Assembly (NCBI GenBank): GCA_964016885.1
Contig: OZ024740.1
Coordinates: 332,878,001 to 332,942,000, forward strand
Length of the DNA: 64,000 nt
Source of the DNA: Eledone cirrhosa
Lineage: Eukaryota
Direction of reading: 5' to 3'
The notes below the pieces were generated by a model. That model ran no database searches. It was not told where the DNA came from and saw only the letters and a list, made by a program, of their open reading frames with translations. Made by a program: the position numbers and the translations under genes. This document shows positions 1 through 20,198 of the stretch, piece by piece (position 1 is the stretch's first letter; each line of letters opens with the position of its first letter).

Positions 1-2740
1 GGCCATTGTCAACAACAGATGATGGTACTCTCTCAAGAGGGCAGGTAGATTAGACACAATAGGTTTTAGTAAATAATTAGTGTTAGATAGAAATAAGACC
101 GAAAAGTAACTGGTAGATAAAGTAGAAGAGGCAATTAGGAGTGGCAACGTAGCCAGCGTGCTAGCGATGAGAATGGCCTTGGACCAGTTCGTCGACGCAA
201 AGCATGAAGGCTGCGTTGTCAGTAGCAAAATACGTGCTCTGGGAAACGTGTCACGGAGGCGAAAAGTGGCAACACGTCCAGGATTCGTGATACTTGAGCC
301 GAAGCAGATGCGCGGCCATTCAGCGGCACTTTGCTCAACTATTCGGGCAGGGCGGCGCGCCGGTAGGGGCTATGGATTTCGGTCCATACCTCGACGGCCT
401 ACCGTGACTCTCGGACAGCGAGTCGAAGTTCTGCGAAAGGCCGTTTCGGCCGCTGAGATAGAGGACGCGCTGAGCCAATGCAGCAAACGCAAATCTCCAG
501 GTCTCGACGGTCTTCCCTACGAATTTTACGTAGCAATGCTGGAATTGTTTTCAGGTCTCCTGGAAGCGGTGTACTGCAACTGGCAGCAGAACGGGAGAAT
601 TCCCAGTTCTGTAACCAAGGGCGTATTCACGTTAATCAGGAAGGACGAGAATAAGGGGGATGACATAGGCAACTTCCGGCACCTAACTCTGCTCAAGAAG
701 AGTTACAGATTTTAGCCAAGGTGTTGGCAAAGAGGCTGGCGCTTGTCGCGGAAAACCTGGTGGGAGAAGCGCAGACATGTGCAATCCCGACCTGATCCAT
801 ACACGACAACCGCCACCTCATGCGATACATCATAGAGAGGGTAGGTTGTAAACCCGGCTTCGGTGGGGCACTGATCAACTTGGATCAGTCTAAGGCTTTC
901 GATAGGGTTGACCATCGTTACCTGGATGCGGTGCTTGAGTCGGCAGGCTTCGAACCCGTGTTCAGGGGCTTGATTGCTGCGATGCACAACAGCAACATCT
1001 GCTCAAGGGTCAAGGTGAACGGCTACCTCTCGGAGCGTTTCCATTTCACGCGATCCATCCGACAGGGATGCCCTCTCTCCACCCTTCTGTACGTACTGAC
1101 TCTCGAGCCACTACTGTGGAAGTTGGAGCTATTGCAGGAAATCCCTTTGGAACCGGGACTGCGAAAAGCGGCGTCGGCCTATGCCGACGACGTGACAGTA
1201 GTGGTGTCGAGCACCTCGCAAATTGGGAAGGTTGGCACCTTACTGGAGGAATACGAAAGGTCTACAGGAGAGAAGCTGAACCGGGACAAATCCGTCGGTT
1301 TGCAACTCGGAACGTGGAGAAGCAAACCGATGCCTTCCGATGGCGTCGTCGTACGCTGGACGAAAGGACCGGTAAAACTGTTCGGGGTCTGGTTTGGTCC
1401 GTACCTACAGGTGGAGAAGAACTGGAACGAGGTGACAGCCAAGGTGTTTGCGCTCACCCAGAAGTGGGCCGAGTGCAAACTAGCCTTGAAAAGTCGAGCG
1501 GAGGTCGGGAACACTTTTATAGCGTCCGTCATCTACTACCGCTTGACTGTCGTGCCTTGCCCATTCAAAACGGGCTCCTTTGGCGAGAAGATCTATCTGC
1601 TGCCAACACCCTTCAAACGGAGGGCTGGGGATGCCGTGGCTGACGATGCGCAAACACGCGTTCAGGCTGCCACAGCTCCACGTATTCCTCACCGGACAAC
1701 CGGTGTGGGCCTCGTTAGTGAGGCGAGCCTTACCACGACTCGTCTCGCTGACCGAGCTGCAGTCCTGGGTCAAGCAAAGACCGAGGAAAATGGGTGACTC
1801 ACATCGAATGTACTCAGGTGCTCACAGTCCTCTGGCAAACGGACCCGGCGATCAGTGGAGACTCCACTTCGACATTCTCTAGAGTGTTGGTCCGCAGCAA
1901 ATGCGACGACTAGCTCGGAGAAACTCTAGGCGTAGCGGAGGACGAACTGGCCAGTCTGTTCGGTAGGACCTTCCGCCCGGGACCAATGGACAACTTCAAA
2001 AAGTTCCCGGCCTGGCAGTGCTACCAAGGAGCTCTACCAGTTCGAGACAAGCTCTACAGACATGGTCGACCGGGTAGGGACCCTTCGAAAAAGATTTGTC
2101 CGAGATGCGTGCGCGACGAGGAAACCATCGCGCACGCAGTTGTACACAGCCCGGGCGTTACCGACCTGTGGGGCTATGTAGTACGACTATTGTCGCGGGT
2201 GGGACCAATCCAGTTGACTACTGAATCCATTGTCATGATTAAACCGCCACCCTCCTTCAAAAACGAGGGAGTGGCGGTTTTCCTATGTGTTATGGCTATG
2301 GTGAAAGAGGTTATATGGTGGACGATGTTAAAAGAGCTGAGGTCAGACACCTTTCTCTCCGGCGAGCAACTGATTCGTTTTTTCAAATATCATTTTGGAA
2401 GAAGAATCAGGATGGAGAGAGATGTGCTGTACCCCAGCAAATTTTATAAAAGGTGGGTGAATGTGGAAAAGATGGCAAAAGTGGGTGAATGTGAATGTGG
2501 CAAAGTCTGTAGGTTGAGTAAAAAGAGGAAGAGAGGAAGGGAGTACTCACTGTTGGTGCTCCTGGAGATGAGGGTTGTACATTTTTTCGGGGTGTGTACA
2601 ACCCCTGTGTAACGCCTCCCCCCATTGGGGATTTCAATTGTTATTTGTTATTTTATTAATAGTTTTATTTTCATATACCTATATGAAAACTCCCCATTTG
2701 TATTTGTCCCCTTCTTTTGTGCCCTTGTGGCTAAGAAAGA
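1..2740 (+). mobile_element. Degenerate non-LTR retrotransposon, L1/Tx1-type ORF2 (RT plus C-terminal zinc-binding region), frameshifted, runs off the window start
   Basis: ORFs 158-715 (KSPGLDGLPYEFY, GNFRHLTLL), 820-1797 (LDQSKAFDRVDH, RQGCPLS, AYADDVTV) and 1986-2612 (CPRC..ETIAH) are successive pieces of one L1/Tx1-like ORF2. Confidence 0.92.
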
Positions 2741-2893
2741 AATGTATCTATCTATCTCTCTTTCTCTCTCTATATATATATATGTATGTATCTATGTATA
2801 TATATGTATGTATATATATATATGTATGTATTTTTCCGATAAAACTTATACATTACGAGATATGATACGTGTATATATATATACATACATACA

Positions 2894-2929
<36 letters not shown>

Positions 2930-3701
2930 GATATATGTATGTATATATATACACATATCATATCTCGTAATGTATATGTTCTATCGGAAAAGTTACCTAA
3001 CAGTTATCTCTTCATATACGTTCGTTGTAAACTATTCAGCGATTTTCTCCCGGTACTTTTAAAAAATATGTAAAACCGTTTAATTCATGTTTTAATATAT
3101 TTTTTTAGAGGTGATGTAACAGTGATGCCTGTGAACATGAATTCATTTTCGCGCATTTCAAATTCATATGATTGTGATGCTATAAATTTCAAGTGAGTAA
3201 ATATCAAGACTTATTTTGAATCAATGCTTTAAGGCGTTATTTATCTACGAAATATATTTAGCATGAACGAATAATATATCTTGAAGTGTATTATATTTAC
3301 GCCTATACCGAAATCTGCTCCCTAATATCAATTATTGTCATACTTTCTTTAAGATATGCATTCAGATTTTCATTTAATTCCTTCATTATATATTTGAAGA
3401 CATATATTGCGGCGCTCATCTAAGAGCTACGTTATTCAATCAAAGTTTTGTTTTACAGTTATATAAAGTAACAAGTAATCCCATTATGCCCATATTCAAA
3501 CATATATTTTAATCACGGGCATTCCAGAAAATTTTAACTCATACCAATATGTAAGATTTAATTCTAGCTGGATGTATATCATTGTAAGTAGCTAGACTGT
3601 TATTGTCTCGGGGTTATTACATTCCCGTTTAAATTCTTTTTTGATAAACTTTGTCTAGTATGCTATATTATAACAATATTTTATAATGTTTATTCATATT
3701 A

Positions 3702-3840
3702 GAGTTACGGCCCTTGCCATTCTAAGTTCAAATCCCGGCGAGGTTAACTTTGTCTTTCATCCTTACGGGGTCGATAAAATAAAGTACCAGTAATACACTG
3801 GCCAATTGCTGGCCTTGTGCCAAAAGTAGAAACAATTATT
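3702..3840 (+). mobile_element. tRNA-type SINE, 5'-truncated copy
   Basis: B-box-like GTTCAAATCC followed by the conserved ...CTTTCATCCTTACGGGGTCGATAAAATAAAGTACCAG... block and a 3' end GGCCTTGTGCCAAAAGTAGAAACAATTATT, shared with 7 other copies in the window. Confidence 0.85.
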
Positions 3841-5284
3841 TTTCCAACTGTATTTAAACATGATTATTTGTCTTATTTTTCTGGCTGAATTGATCACAAT
3901 GCTTTGAATCGTGGTTATGATGTGCACGACAGGTATAACACAGAAGGCATATATTTGTGAACGAGCGCCGAATGTTAATTTTCAGCCATGCATCGTGAAT
4001 CGCCAGAATGCCGTTTACTATCATCGCGGACAGTTATATAAAACAATTACACTAATAACTATTTACAATAAAAATACATTTTAAATTCTATTAAATACAA
4101 ATCTCTAGATATTGTTAGAATTATCAAGTTCAAGATTTCTGTTCATGGTGAACTGCCTCGTAAGTTTTTAGTGTCGTAATTGAGCGCAATTTGGAATGTC
4201 AGATTCTGCGAGAAAGGTCATTCAACGAAACAGTGATTTTAAAATGTAATTATCATATTATCTCTATTGAATTGAAGTGGGTATATAATTATTATGATGG
4301 TAGAATAGATAGAAAATGTTAAGGGTTGTCTCTACAAGACATTCAAAATCTATTTCACTCAGGGCTGTTTCTTTATTGTTTTAAAATATCACCAATATAT
4401 TGTCTGCGTGAAACAAATCTGTTAAGGAAGAAATTGAATCAGCTCAACAAATCTGTTCTGGCAATGCACGGATGAAGAATTCTTCGGTTTATGGAGCACT
4501 GATATCCCAGAAAGAGGTGACTTCAAAGAAAATTGATATAAAGCATTTTGTGCCAACTAAAGAATTGTTAAACTTGGTGAAACCGCACAGGAATATTCTG
4601 CATAAAAATATGTCGTATTTTTCAATTGCTGAGGTTTGTTTTAAGAATGGTCAACGATTATTGCAGAAAATACTATCAATATTTTGCAGATAAGAGAGGC
4701 TTTTATTTCTTACAAATTTATTTGTTTATATGCTAGTCTCGGGCAGTGTCTGTAGCCCTAATATGAAAATGAAGAAACTAGAAAACCTCGAGTTTGAAAG
4801 ACGTAATAAGCGTCATTGTTTAAAATCTTGAAATGCATAATAGACAATTTTAACGCCTAGTTAGTAGCTGTAAGGCAAATGTTTGCCTTCTTAGTCATCC
4901 ACAGTGCAGCATACAAAAGTAATTAGATAAGGAAAAACATAAGTGGACCTATCTTGTTAAAACATAATGTTAAAACACTTGTCACCAGAATATAACACAA
5001 ACCTTGAAGGTGTATTGATCATAAACATTTGAAATATATATCCTACATTAGCTTGATGATATCCAACGCCAATTTGAGACAAATAAATAGCCACTACATA
5101 TTTCTGTTCTTGCTTTCTCTAGATTCGGAGAAAACAAGTTGGTATAATTTACTATATAATTCCAATTATACTATCCCTGTTGACAGAATTATAACTTATT
5201 AAAAGTGAATTCATTAACAAATCACGACAAAATTAATGATGTGTTTCAAAATAAATATAATTGAAGAGGAATCTTCGATAAAAA

Positions 5285-5588
5285 ATAATTGTTTCTACTT
5301 TTGGCACAAGGCCAGCAATTATTTCAGTGCATTACTGGTACTTTATTTTATCGACCACGTGAGGATGAAAGTTGGTAGGATTAGAAATCAGACCGTAAAG
5401 GGTCGTAACTCTATGCTGCAAAGCATGGTGTCCGATTCTCTACCGATACTGCCAATCCACCATCTTTTCGATAGAAAATAATTTGTTCTACTTTTGGCAC
5501 AAGGCCAGCAATTATCCCAGTGTATTACTGATACTTTATTTTATCGACCCCGTAAGGATGAAAGGCAAAGTTAACCTCGGTGGGATTT
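5285..5588 (-). mobile_element. Two tandem copies of the same SINE (about 5285-5462 and 5480-5588)
   Basis: Reverse complement of the SINE consensus twice, separated and flanked by three copies of a GATA(G/A)AAAATAAT target-like sequence. Confidence 0.85.
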
Positions 5589-6069
5589 TTGATAGAAAAT
5601 AATGAACGATATTCAGAAGACAATTGAGATGCTCTTCCACCCAGTGCTTAGATGCAATTTTAAAAACTACTTCGCTGTGGACTACTACAGAAATTATTCA
5701 TAATTACAAATTAGATGTTAGATGTATGTATGAAGATGTATTAATACCCTACAATCTAGGACAGTATAAACTCAACAATGAATCGACTCATTTTGATGAT
5801 TATTTTCTATGACATAATCGATAATGAATTAAATTAATAAATTTGTGGTGGATCATATTTCATCAGTGCTGATAAAAATGTTGGTTTAATTTGTTCTGTA
5901 TAGATGATAGCATTAATGTATGAATATTTATGCAGACCTGTATTAAACACAAACGCACCCCATATATATATATTTGATTATTATATATATATATATTTTA
6001 TTATTTGGTTGTTTAAAGATATTAATATCTTTAAACTAGAAAATAATCAAAACATCCATAAAAGAGAAT

Positions 6070-6990
6070 TTTATTTTAATAACCACGCATGATGTTAAAC
6101 TAGCCTGCTTTTAAATTCCCTTTTTGGCATATTACCAGTGAGATCATGGTTACCATGTTGAGCTCTGCTCAGAGCATTTGAAGTTGTCCCAAATTGAAGG
6201 TTGAGTACTTTAGACTTTGTTTTATCATGAGTTAAGGCTCTATTGATTTTTCCCTGGATTTCTCTAAATTCTGTTAGATAAATCTATATCCTTATTCCTT
6301 TTGAATCGAGTCTGAATTATTTTTCCCATATCTTATGTTAACTATTTTCCCATTTTGACGCTATAGTCATATATATGTTATGGAATACTGTTAGCTTCTC
6401 GCTACAACAATTTCTATACTATTCATTTATATATATATACTCGGATTTATTTCTTAGAGTGCCTAAATTATTTGTGACTAATCCCGGTATTTAAAAAAAA
6501 AAAGACCGCGATGATATTGCTTTTTGCTGAATTCCTTTTGTAGAGTTTTCTTTCGGAATGTTTTTGACTGTTGTTTCATGTAAACAAACATTTGTCTCAT
6601 TCTGACGTCACCATCCCTGTTTTTCCACATGTGCGTTTATTTTAATAACCACGCATGATGTTAAACTAGCCTGCTTTTAAATTCCCTTTTTGGCATATTG
6701 CCAGTGAGACCCTGGTTACCATGTCGAGCTCTTCTCAGAGCATTTGAAGTTGTCCCAAATTGAAAGTTGAGTACTTTAGACTTTGTTTTATCATGAGTTA
6801 AGGCTCTATTGATTCTTCCCTGGATTTCTCTAAATTCTGTTGGATAAATCTATATCCTGATTCCTTTTGAATTGAGTCTGAATTATTTTTCCCATATCTT
6901 ATGTTAACTATTTTCCCATTTTGACGCTATAGTCACATATATGTTATGGATTACTGTTAGCTTCTCGCTACAACAATTTCTATACTTTTC

Positions 6991-6995
<5 letters not shown>
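6070..6995. repeat. Partial tandem direct repeat, period about 566 bp (about 360 bp duplicated), both copies ending in (TA)n
   Basis: AACCACGCATGATGTTAAACTAGCC... starts at 6081 and at 6647, and the copies stay near-identical up to the (TA)n tracts. Confidence 0.9.
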
Positions 6996-10400
<3,405 letters not shown>

Positions 10401-10443
10401 ATATATATATATATCCTAACTCGTGTGCTTCCTCTCCACATGT

Positions 10444-10549
<106 letters not shown>

Positions 10550-10675
10550 ATATACATATATATTCTCATTTATGGATGTTTTGATTATTTGATTGTTTAA
10601 AGATATTAAAAGAAAAACGAGTGTATATAATAATCCGTCGTTAAAAAACGTACTTACGAGTTTGGTGGTTACAAA

Positions 10676-10704
<29 letters not shown>

Positions 10705-10706
<2 letters not shown>

Positions 10707-11270
10707 TGTTATACTTGCGGAGGATCATATTGTTGTAATAATATTGATAGAAATAATAACAGAACACACTGACTAGTTTGGTTGGTTTTCGTTTTTGTAT
10801 CTTTTATATCTCCACTATTAATTCATTCCGTCCTCAATGTTTATCATTGACTGACCAACGGTCAAAAACACTCATACAATATAGATATAAACACATATAT
10901 ATAGACTAACAAAGTTCTTTCGTTGCACATCTGCAACATCATCAGTGGTACTATTATGTTCCTCCTGTTTTATTGTATGTCTACGCCATTTTTATTTTAT
11001 CTGATTATTTATTTATGTATTTTTGTCTTCTTCTCTGCGCATGCGTTTGCGCGTGTGTATAGTGTTCGGCATGTCTTCGCGTTTGGGGGGTGACTGTGTT
11101 TTGGTTATTGTATTCTATCTTAGTTTACTAGTGTGTGTTTATATGTGTTTGTTGTTATTGTGATTGTGTATATATTTATTTATTTATTTGCTAGGCACTA
11201 CAGAATCTCTTACTTCCCCTCAATGGTTACACGCCCCATAATGAAGATGTCCCCAGATGTATTTACGGAC
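10705..11270. mobile_element. PLE remnant related to PLE 2: pLTR on minus strand joined to a short RT fragment on plus strand
   Basis: YRISYFPSMVTRPIMKMSPDV (ORF 11133-11432) matches YRLSYFLSLIIRPIIEMSPDV of PLE 2. The HHR has the same layout as the PLE 2 HHR. Confidence 0.7.
10907..10952 (-). ncRNA. Minimal type I hammerhead ribozyme in a pLTR-like fragment
   Basis: Minus strand: TAGTACCA-CTGATGA-T-GTTGCA-GATG-TGCAAC-GAAA-GAAC-TT-TGTTA. Intact core, perfect 6-bp stem II, one mismatch in stem I. Confidence 0.8.
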
Positions 11271-11485
11271 GAGGAGGGGTTGAGTGCGTGTTTGAAGGAG
11301 AGGGATGGCAAGATTGAGGGGGTGGGTGGTGGAAGAGTTCGGACTGGAGGCGTCGGAAGAGGCGGAGGATGGTTCGGTGGAGATACACACACACATATAC
11401 ACACACACCCCACACCCCACTCTCAAGCGTGAACCTAATACCACACTGTTCGTACTGCACTCTCCATTTTTGTTTTTTTTTGCTC

Positions 11486-11551
<66 letters not shown>

Positions 11552-11558
11552 TAAATAT

Positions 11559-11744
11559 ACGGTAGAGCTTAAGCCGTTTCGACGGCTATTTCTGTCCAGA
11601 AATTTCAGTCCAGAAATAGCCTTCGAATGGGCTTGAGCTCTGCCGTCGGGGTTCTGAACATTTTCCTATTACCCACTCTACTACCCAAAGTATCGAGTAA
11701 TCTGGTGCGTTATGGTCTACCTGTTACCTTACCACACTTCCTCG

Positions 11745-11782
<38 letters not shown>

Positions 11783-11822
11783 CGAGGAAGGTGTGGTAAG
11801 GTAACAGGTAGACCATAACGCA

Positions 11823-11872
<50 letters not shown>

Positions 11873-11973
11873 CGAGGAAAGTGTGGTAAGGTAACAGGTA
11901 GACCATAACGCACCAGATTACTCGATACTTTGGGTAGTAGAGTGGGTAATAGGAAAATGTTCAGGACTCCGAA
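11559..11973. repeat. Non-coding family H: fold-back copy carrying the 3' half of an HHR, plus inverted and tandem terminal pieces in (TA)n
   Basis: 11650-11750 is the reverse complement of 11865-11973 and partly of 11777-11825. The family recurs at about 46800-46885 and 53430-53642. Confidence 0.8.
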
Positions 11974-11982
11974 CATATATAT

Positions 11983-12250
11983 CTAAGGCGGGTAAAATTC
12001 CCAAGATCCATGGACGAGTTCTCTCCACCGGTTTCTGTCCCTCATTATCGCTGCCATGTCCTGCGTCTCCAACAGACCAGTGTCTGTCCTTAGGGCATCA
12101 ACATACGTTAACCTTGGTCTTCCACTTCTAGTGTGTCCATGTAGGGACTCCCACAGGAGCACTGAGTGCAATGTCAACGCTGGTTGTCGGTGAGCATGTC
12201 CAGCTAACCTCAGTCTCCTATAATACAAGGACGTGTTTAAAGCCTGCATT
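11983..12250 (-). mobile_element. 3' end of an RTE-type LINE
   Basis: RRLRLAGHAHR..LLWE..HG.TRSGRPRLTYVDAL..DTG...MRDRNRWRELV is a typical RTE ORF2 C-terminus. A near-identical copy is at 26572-26810. Confidence 0.8.
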
Positions 12251-12514
12251 ACGTTTATTGATTGGTGACGCACGTTTCGCTATTAATCAGCTTAAGGTAC
12301 GATCTATATCGATCTGGACCGACTCTGGAATCAAGACGTCGTCGGACTTCTACTATTGAAATTATAACCAATCATTAAATATAATGAAGGCTTAACAAAC
12401 TGTATTATTATATTTACAATCTGTTTAGCTCTACACCTCGCTACAGACGTCAACCTAAACATCGAGTGTGCACCTGGGTGAACCTACAGAAACTTTACGT
12501 TACACTCCCTGGAT

Positions 12515-12568
<54 letters not shown>

Positions 12569-12637
12569 TATGAAGAGAGAAGAAACATTTAGATATAATT
12601 AGTAATAAAATGTATCATACCTAAACTGTTCCTAAAT

Positions 12638-12725
12638 TCCTCGACTACGTAGTTTCGTGGCATAAACAAAAACAATATATCAAAGATATAGAGTCCCTGC
12701 GAGGTCTGCCGACTTATCAAGAGGA
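12638..12725 (-). ncRNA. Type I hammerhead, U3-A8 variant with long stem II (family C, inverted copy)
   Basis: Reverse complement of the motif at 12925-13012. Confidence 0.8.
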
Positions 12726-12924
12726 TACCTCATTTTACTAGTCTCAAGAACGCGTCTACACGACGTGAGAAAGAATCCCAAAAGGCGGAGGGGGAGATAG
12801 TCACGCGATATAACGGTCGAGAAACAGAGCTAAGCCTTATATCGCGTGACTATCTCCCCCTCCGCCTTTTGGGATTCTTTCTCACGTCGTGTAGACGCGT
12901 TCTTGAGACTAGTAAAATGAGGTA

Positions 12925-13012
12925 TCCTCTTGATAAGTCGGCAGACCTCGCAGGGACTCTATATCTTTGATATATTGTTTTTGTTTATGCCACGAAACTA
13001 CGTAGTCGAGGA
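12925..13012 (+). ncRNA. Type I hammerhead, U3-A8 variant with long stem II (family C)
   Basis: TCCTC-TTGATAA-GT(C)GGCA...TGCCAC-GAAA-CTACGTAG-TC-GAGGA: stem I TCCTC/GAGGA, palindromic stem III ACTACGTAGT, GUC site. Confidence 0.82.
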
Positions 13013-13515
13013 ATTTAAGAACAGTTTAGGTATGATACATTTTATTACTAATTATATCTAAATGTTTCTTCTCTCTTCATAATGTATTTTTAACTCTGAT
13101 ACTGGTTCAGTCTAGTTCAAACTGAATTGGTCTGTCCCAGTCATTCATTGAGCAACATCGGTGAAGTTGGCACCCTTAACTCACAGTTGGGTGCGGATGC
13201 ATTCATGTATATATGTGTGTGTCCGCGTGTATCTGTGTGTTTCTAAATATATTAATAACTCCCTCTGGTCGAGCAATCTTTGAAGTGTGGGGACAACTGG
13301 AAAGCTTCCATTACTCATACTTCTCGCCTTCTTCACTACCTCTTCTACGGCCTCGATATGAATACCCCCTCCGCCTCCGTGGTATTTTCTTCATGGTTAT
13401 AAGAGGCTTAGCTCTGTTTCTCGACCGTTATATCGCGTGACTATCTCCCCCTCCGCCTTTTGGGATTCTTTCTCACGTCGTGTAGACGCGTTCTTGAGAC
13501 TAGTAAAATGAGGTA

Positions 13516-13603
13516 TCCTCTTGATAAGTCGGCAGACCTCGCAGGGACTCTATATCTTTGATATATTGTTTTTGTTTATGCCACGAAACTACGTAGTCGA
13601 GGA
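13516..13603 (+). ncRNA. Type I hammerhead, U3-A8 variant (family C, tandem copy)
   Basis: Same motif 591 bp downstream of 12925. Confidence 0.82.
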
Positions 13604-13837
13604 ATTTAGGAACAGTTTAGGTATGATACATTTTATTACTAATTATATCTAAATGTTTCTTCTCTCTTCATAATGTATTTTTAACTCTGATACTGGTTCA
13701 GTCTAGTTCAAACTGAATTGGTCTGTCCCAGTCATTCATTGAGCAACATCGGTGAAGTTGGCACCCTTAACTCACAGTTGGGTGCGGATGCATTCATGTA
13801 TATATGTGTGTGTCCGCGTGTATCTGTGTGTTTCTAA

Positions 13838-17680
<3,843 letters not shown>

Positions 17681-17681
17681 A

Positions 17682-19240
17682 AAAGCATCCAGCAAATAGC
17701 AAACTCCATCCACCAGAGCATTAGAGTTACTATAGACTACCCAAGTAGACACCCCAACCATCGATTACCTGTACTAGACACAGAGCTCTGGTTAGATACC
17801 ATTAACAACCAAAAACAAACCCTCCATTCCCATTATGCCAAACCCATGACTTCCAAACATCTGATCCACCGAAACTCGGCCATTTCGGACCATACCAAAA
17901 TCAACATACTGATTGCGGATTTGGTACGGGTGATGAGAAATGTGTCCCGCATGTGCAACCCCGAAGAACTAGAGAGACACATACAACACTTCATCCACCG
18001 TATGCAGTTCTCTGGCTACAATCAGAGAGATAGAATCAGAGTGTATAAAGGAGCCAGAACCAAATGGGAAAAAATGGTAAATAATGACATAAACGGGACC
18101 TGCCCCTTGTATAGGAGCAAATTTTGGAATAGAATAGAAAGAACTTGGAACAAGGCCAATAGAATAAACTCATGGTATGATAGCAATAAATACCAGATTG
18201 TAATGTTCATCAATACAACCCCTAGAGGCGAACTAGCCTACAAATTTAGAAGGGCCCTAAATAAACATAATCTCAATATTAAGATATTAGAAAGACCAGG
18301 TACCTCCGTAAAAACACTTATTAGCAAGACATACCCGTTCCAAAGACCCTCATGTATAGATAAGAAATGTATAACCTGTAAAATAAGCCCCCATATTAAT
18401 TGTACAACTAGAAATGTAGTGTAAAGCATAAGATGTACAGAAGGACAATGTAGAAACAAAAATATAGTGTACATAGGTGAGACAGCTCGTAGTATAGGGG
18501 AACGAATAAATGAACACTGGCGAGACCTCCAAGATAATAAAGAATCATCTGTGCTCTACCAACATGCTAAGATAGAACACAGGGGTAGACTAGAGAACAT
18601 AGAAATAAAAATAGAATCCACACACAGAAAAGACGCAATGTTTAGGCAAATTACAGAGGCAGTAAGCATAAAAGAATTAAAACCGAAATTAAATAGAAAA
18701 TATGAGTGGAACAGCAACATCACAACTTACAATTAAGGACAAAATGAAAACACACACAGGACAAAATGAAAACACACACACACATAGAACAAACAACTTA
18801 CAATTAAGGATAAAATGAAAACACACACAGGACAAAATGAAAACACACACACACATAGAACAAACAACCAACCAACAATAAATAAATAAATAAATAAACA
18901 AATAGATAAATGAACACAAACACACACAGACACCCGGATGTGGCGCATGCGCAAACTGAGCACACAACACACACACAGAAACAAAATGGCGTAGGATAGA
19001 AGAAAGGAAAGGCACAGAAACAAAGGAAAGGAATCCCCAGTCACTGAAGAGGTCACAGAGTGTGTGACGAAAGGACTATGACTATATATAAACAACTATC
19101 TGGTTGTGGAACCAACCAACCAACCAGAAATTTATAAGTTTGTAAATTTGTAAATTTATAAATTTATAAATATATAATAAATTGAAGTGAAAGCAATGGT
19201 GCGTGTGTTTCTTATTGGCAACATGACCCTCCCAAAGTAT

Positions 19241-19245
<5 letters not shown>
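17682..19245 (+). mobile_element. Inverted duplicate of the 3' about 1.55 kb of PLE 2 (thumb, GIY-YIG, pLTR)
   Basis: ORFs 17846-18424 and 18467-18736 are near-identical to 14504-15583(-). The DNA is the reverse complement of about 13990-15580. Confidence 0.95.
19039..19083 (+). ncRNA. Minimal type I hammerhead ribozyme in the PLE 2 pLTR
   Basis: AGTCA-CTGAAGA-G-GTCAC-AGAGTGT-GTGAC-GAAA-GGAC-TA-TGACT: perfect stems I and II, 2-bp stem III, CUA site. Confidence 0.88.
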
Positions 19246-19288
<43 letters not shown>

Positions 19289-19683
19289 GCGTGTGTTTAT
19301 GGGTATATGCATGTATGGGTGTATATATATATTTGATTATATACGTGTATATGTGTATATATATATATATAAATTGAAACAAAATGAAAACGAAATTTCA
19401 TTTCTCACTCTTAGTATGGCACTTACTTAAATGTAAGTATGCATGTATACGTACATACATATATGTATACAGACGTACAGTAGCATGCACATATATATAT
19501 ATATATATATACATATATATATACATATGCATACAGGTACACATACATATATGCACGTATCAGTTTAGCGGCGCTTATTATAACGTCGCTTTGTTCGTTT
19601 GTAAACAAACTGAACAGCCTGAATTTATGCCATACGGTGTTAAGGCAACCACGTCACCTTTTTGTTCAACAGTGACACAGGAA

Positions 19684-19724
19684 CGATGTACTAGTTTCAA
19701 GCTTGTTATCTATCATCAGCATCG
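19684..19724 (-). ncRNA. Minimal type I hammerhead (family E, unit 1)
   Basis: Minus: CGATG-CTGATGA-TAGAT-AACA-AGCTT-GAAA-CTAG-TA-CATCG. One mismatch in stem II. Confidence 0.85.
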
Positions 19725-20157
19725 TTTACCCATCTGCCAGATAGTTGAACGTTCGAAAGTATATACTTTCCTTATGAAAATTAACGGCTGAGCAGCCTAA
19801 TTTGCATATTGAGTGAGTTAAATCGGTCAGGCAAACCGAAAACGATAAATTGAAACAAAGTGAAAACGAAATTTCATTTCTCACTCTTAGTATGGCACTT
19901 TCTTAAATGTAAGTATGCATGTATACGTACATACATATATGTATACAGACGTACAGTAGCATGCACATATATATATATATATATACATATATATATACAT
20001 ATGCATACAGGTACACATACATATATGCACGTATCAGTTTAGCGGCGCTTATTATAACGTCGCTTTGTTCGTTTGTAAACAAACGGAACAGCCTGAATTT
20101 ATGCCATACGGTGTTAAGGCAACCACGTCACCTTTTTGTTCAACACTGACACAGGAA

Positions 20158-20198
20158 CGATGTACTAGTTTCAAGCTTGTTAGCTATCATCAGCATCG
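20158..20198 (-). ncRNA. Minimal type I hammerhead (family E, unit 2)
   Basis: Minus: CGATG-CTGATGA-T-AGCT-AACA-AGCT-T-GAAA-CTAG-TA-CATCG. Perfect stem I, palindromic stem III ACTAGT, GUA site. Confidence 0.9.

Noticed and set aside
3720-3745. GTTCAAATCC motifs as tRNA genes
   Set aside because: No cloverleaf. They are SINE heads.
12260-12295. Minus-strand CTGATTA..GAAACGTGCGTC hammerhead-like motif
   Set aside because: Core mismatch, no proper stem II and no stem I. At best a deleted remnant.
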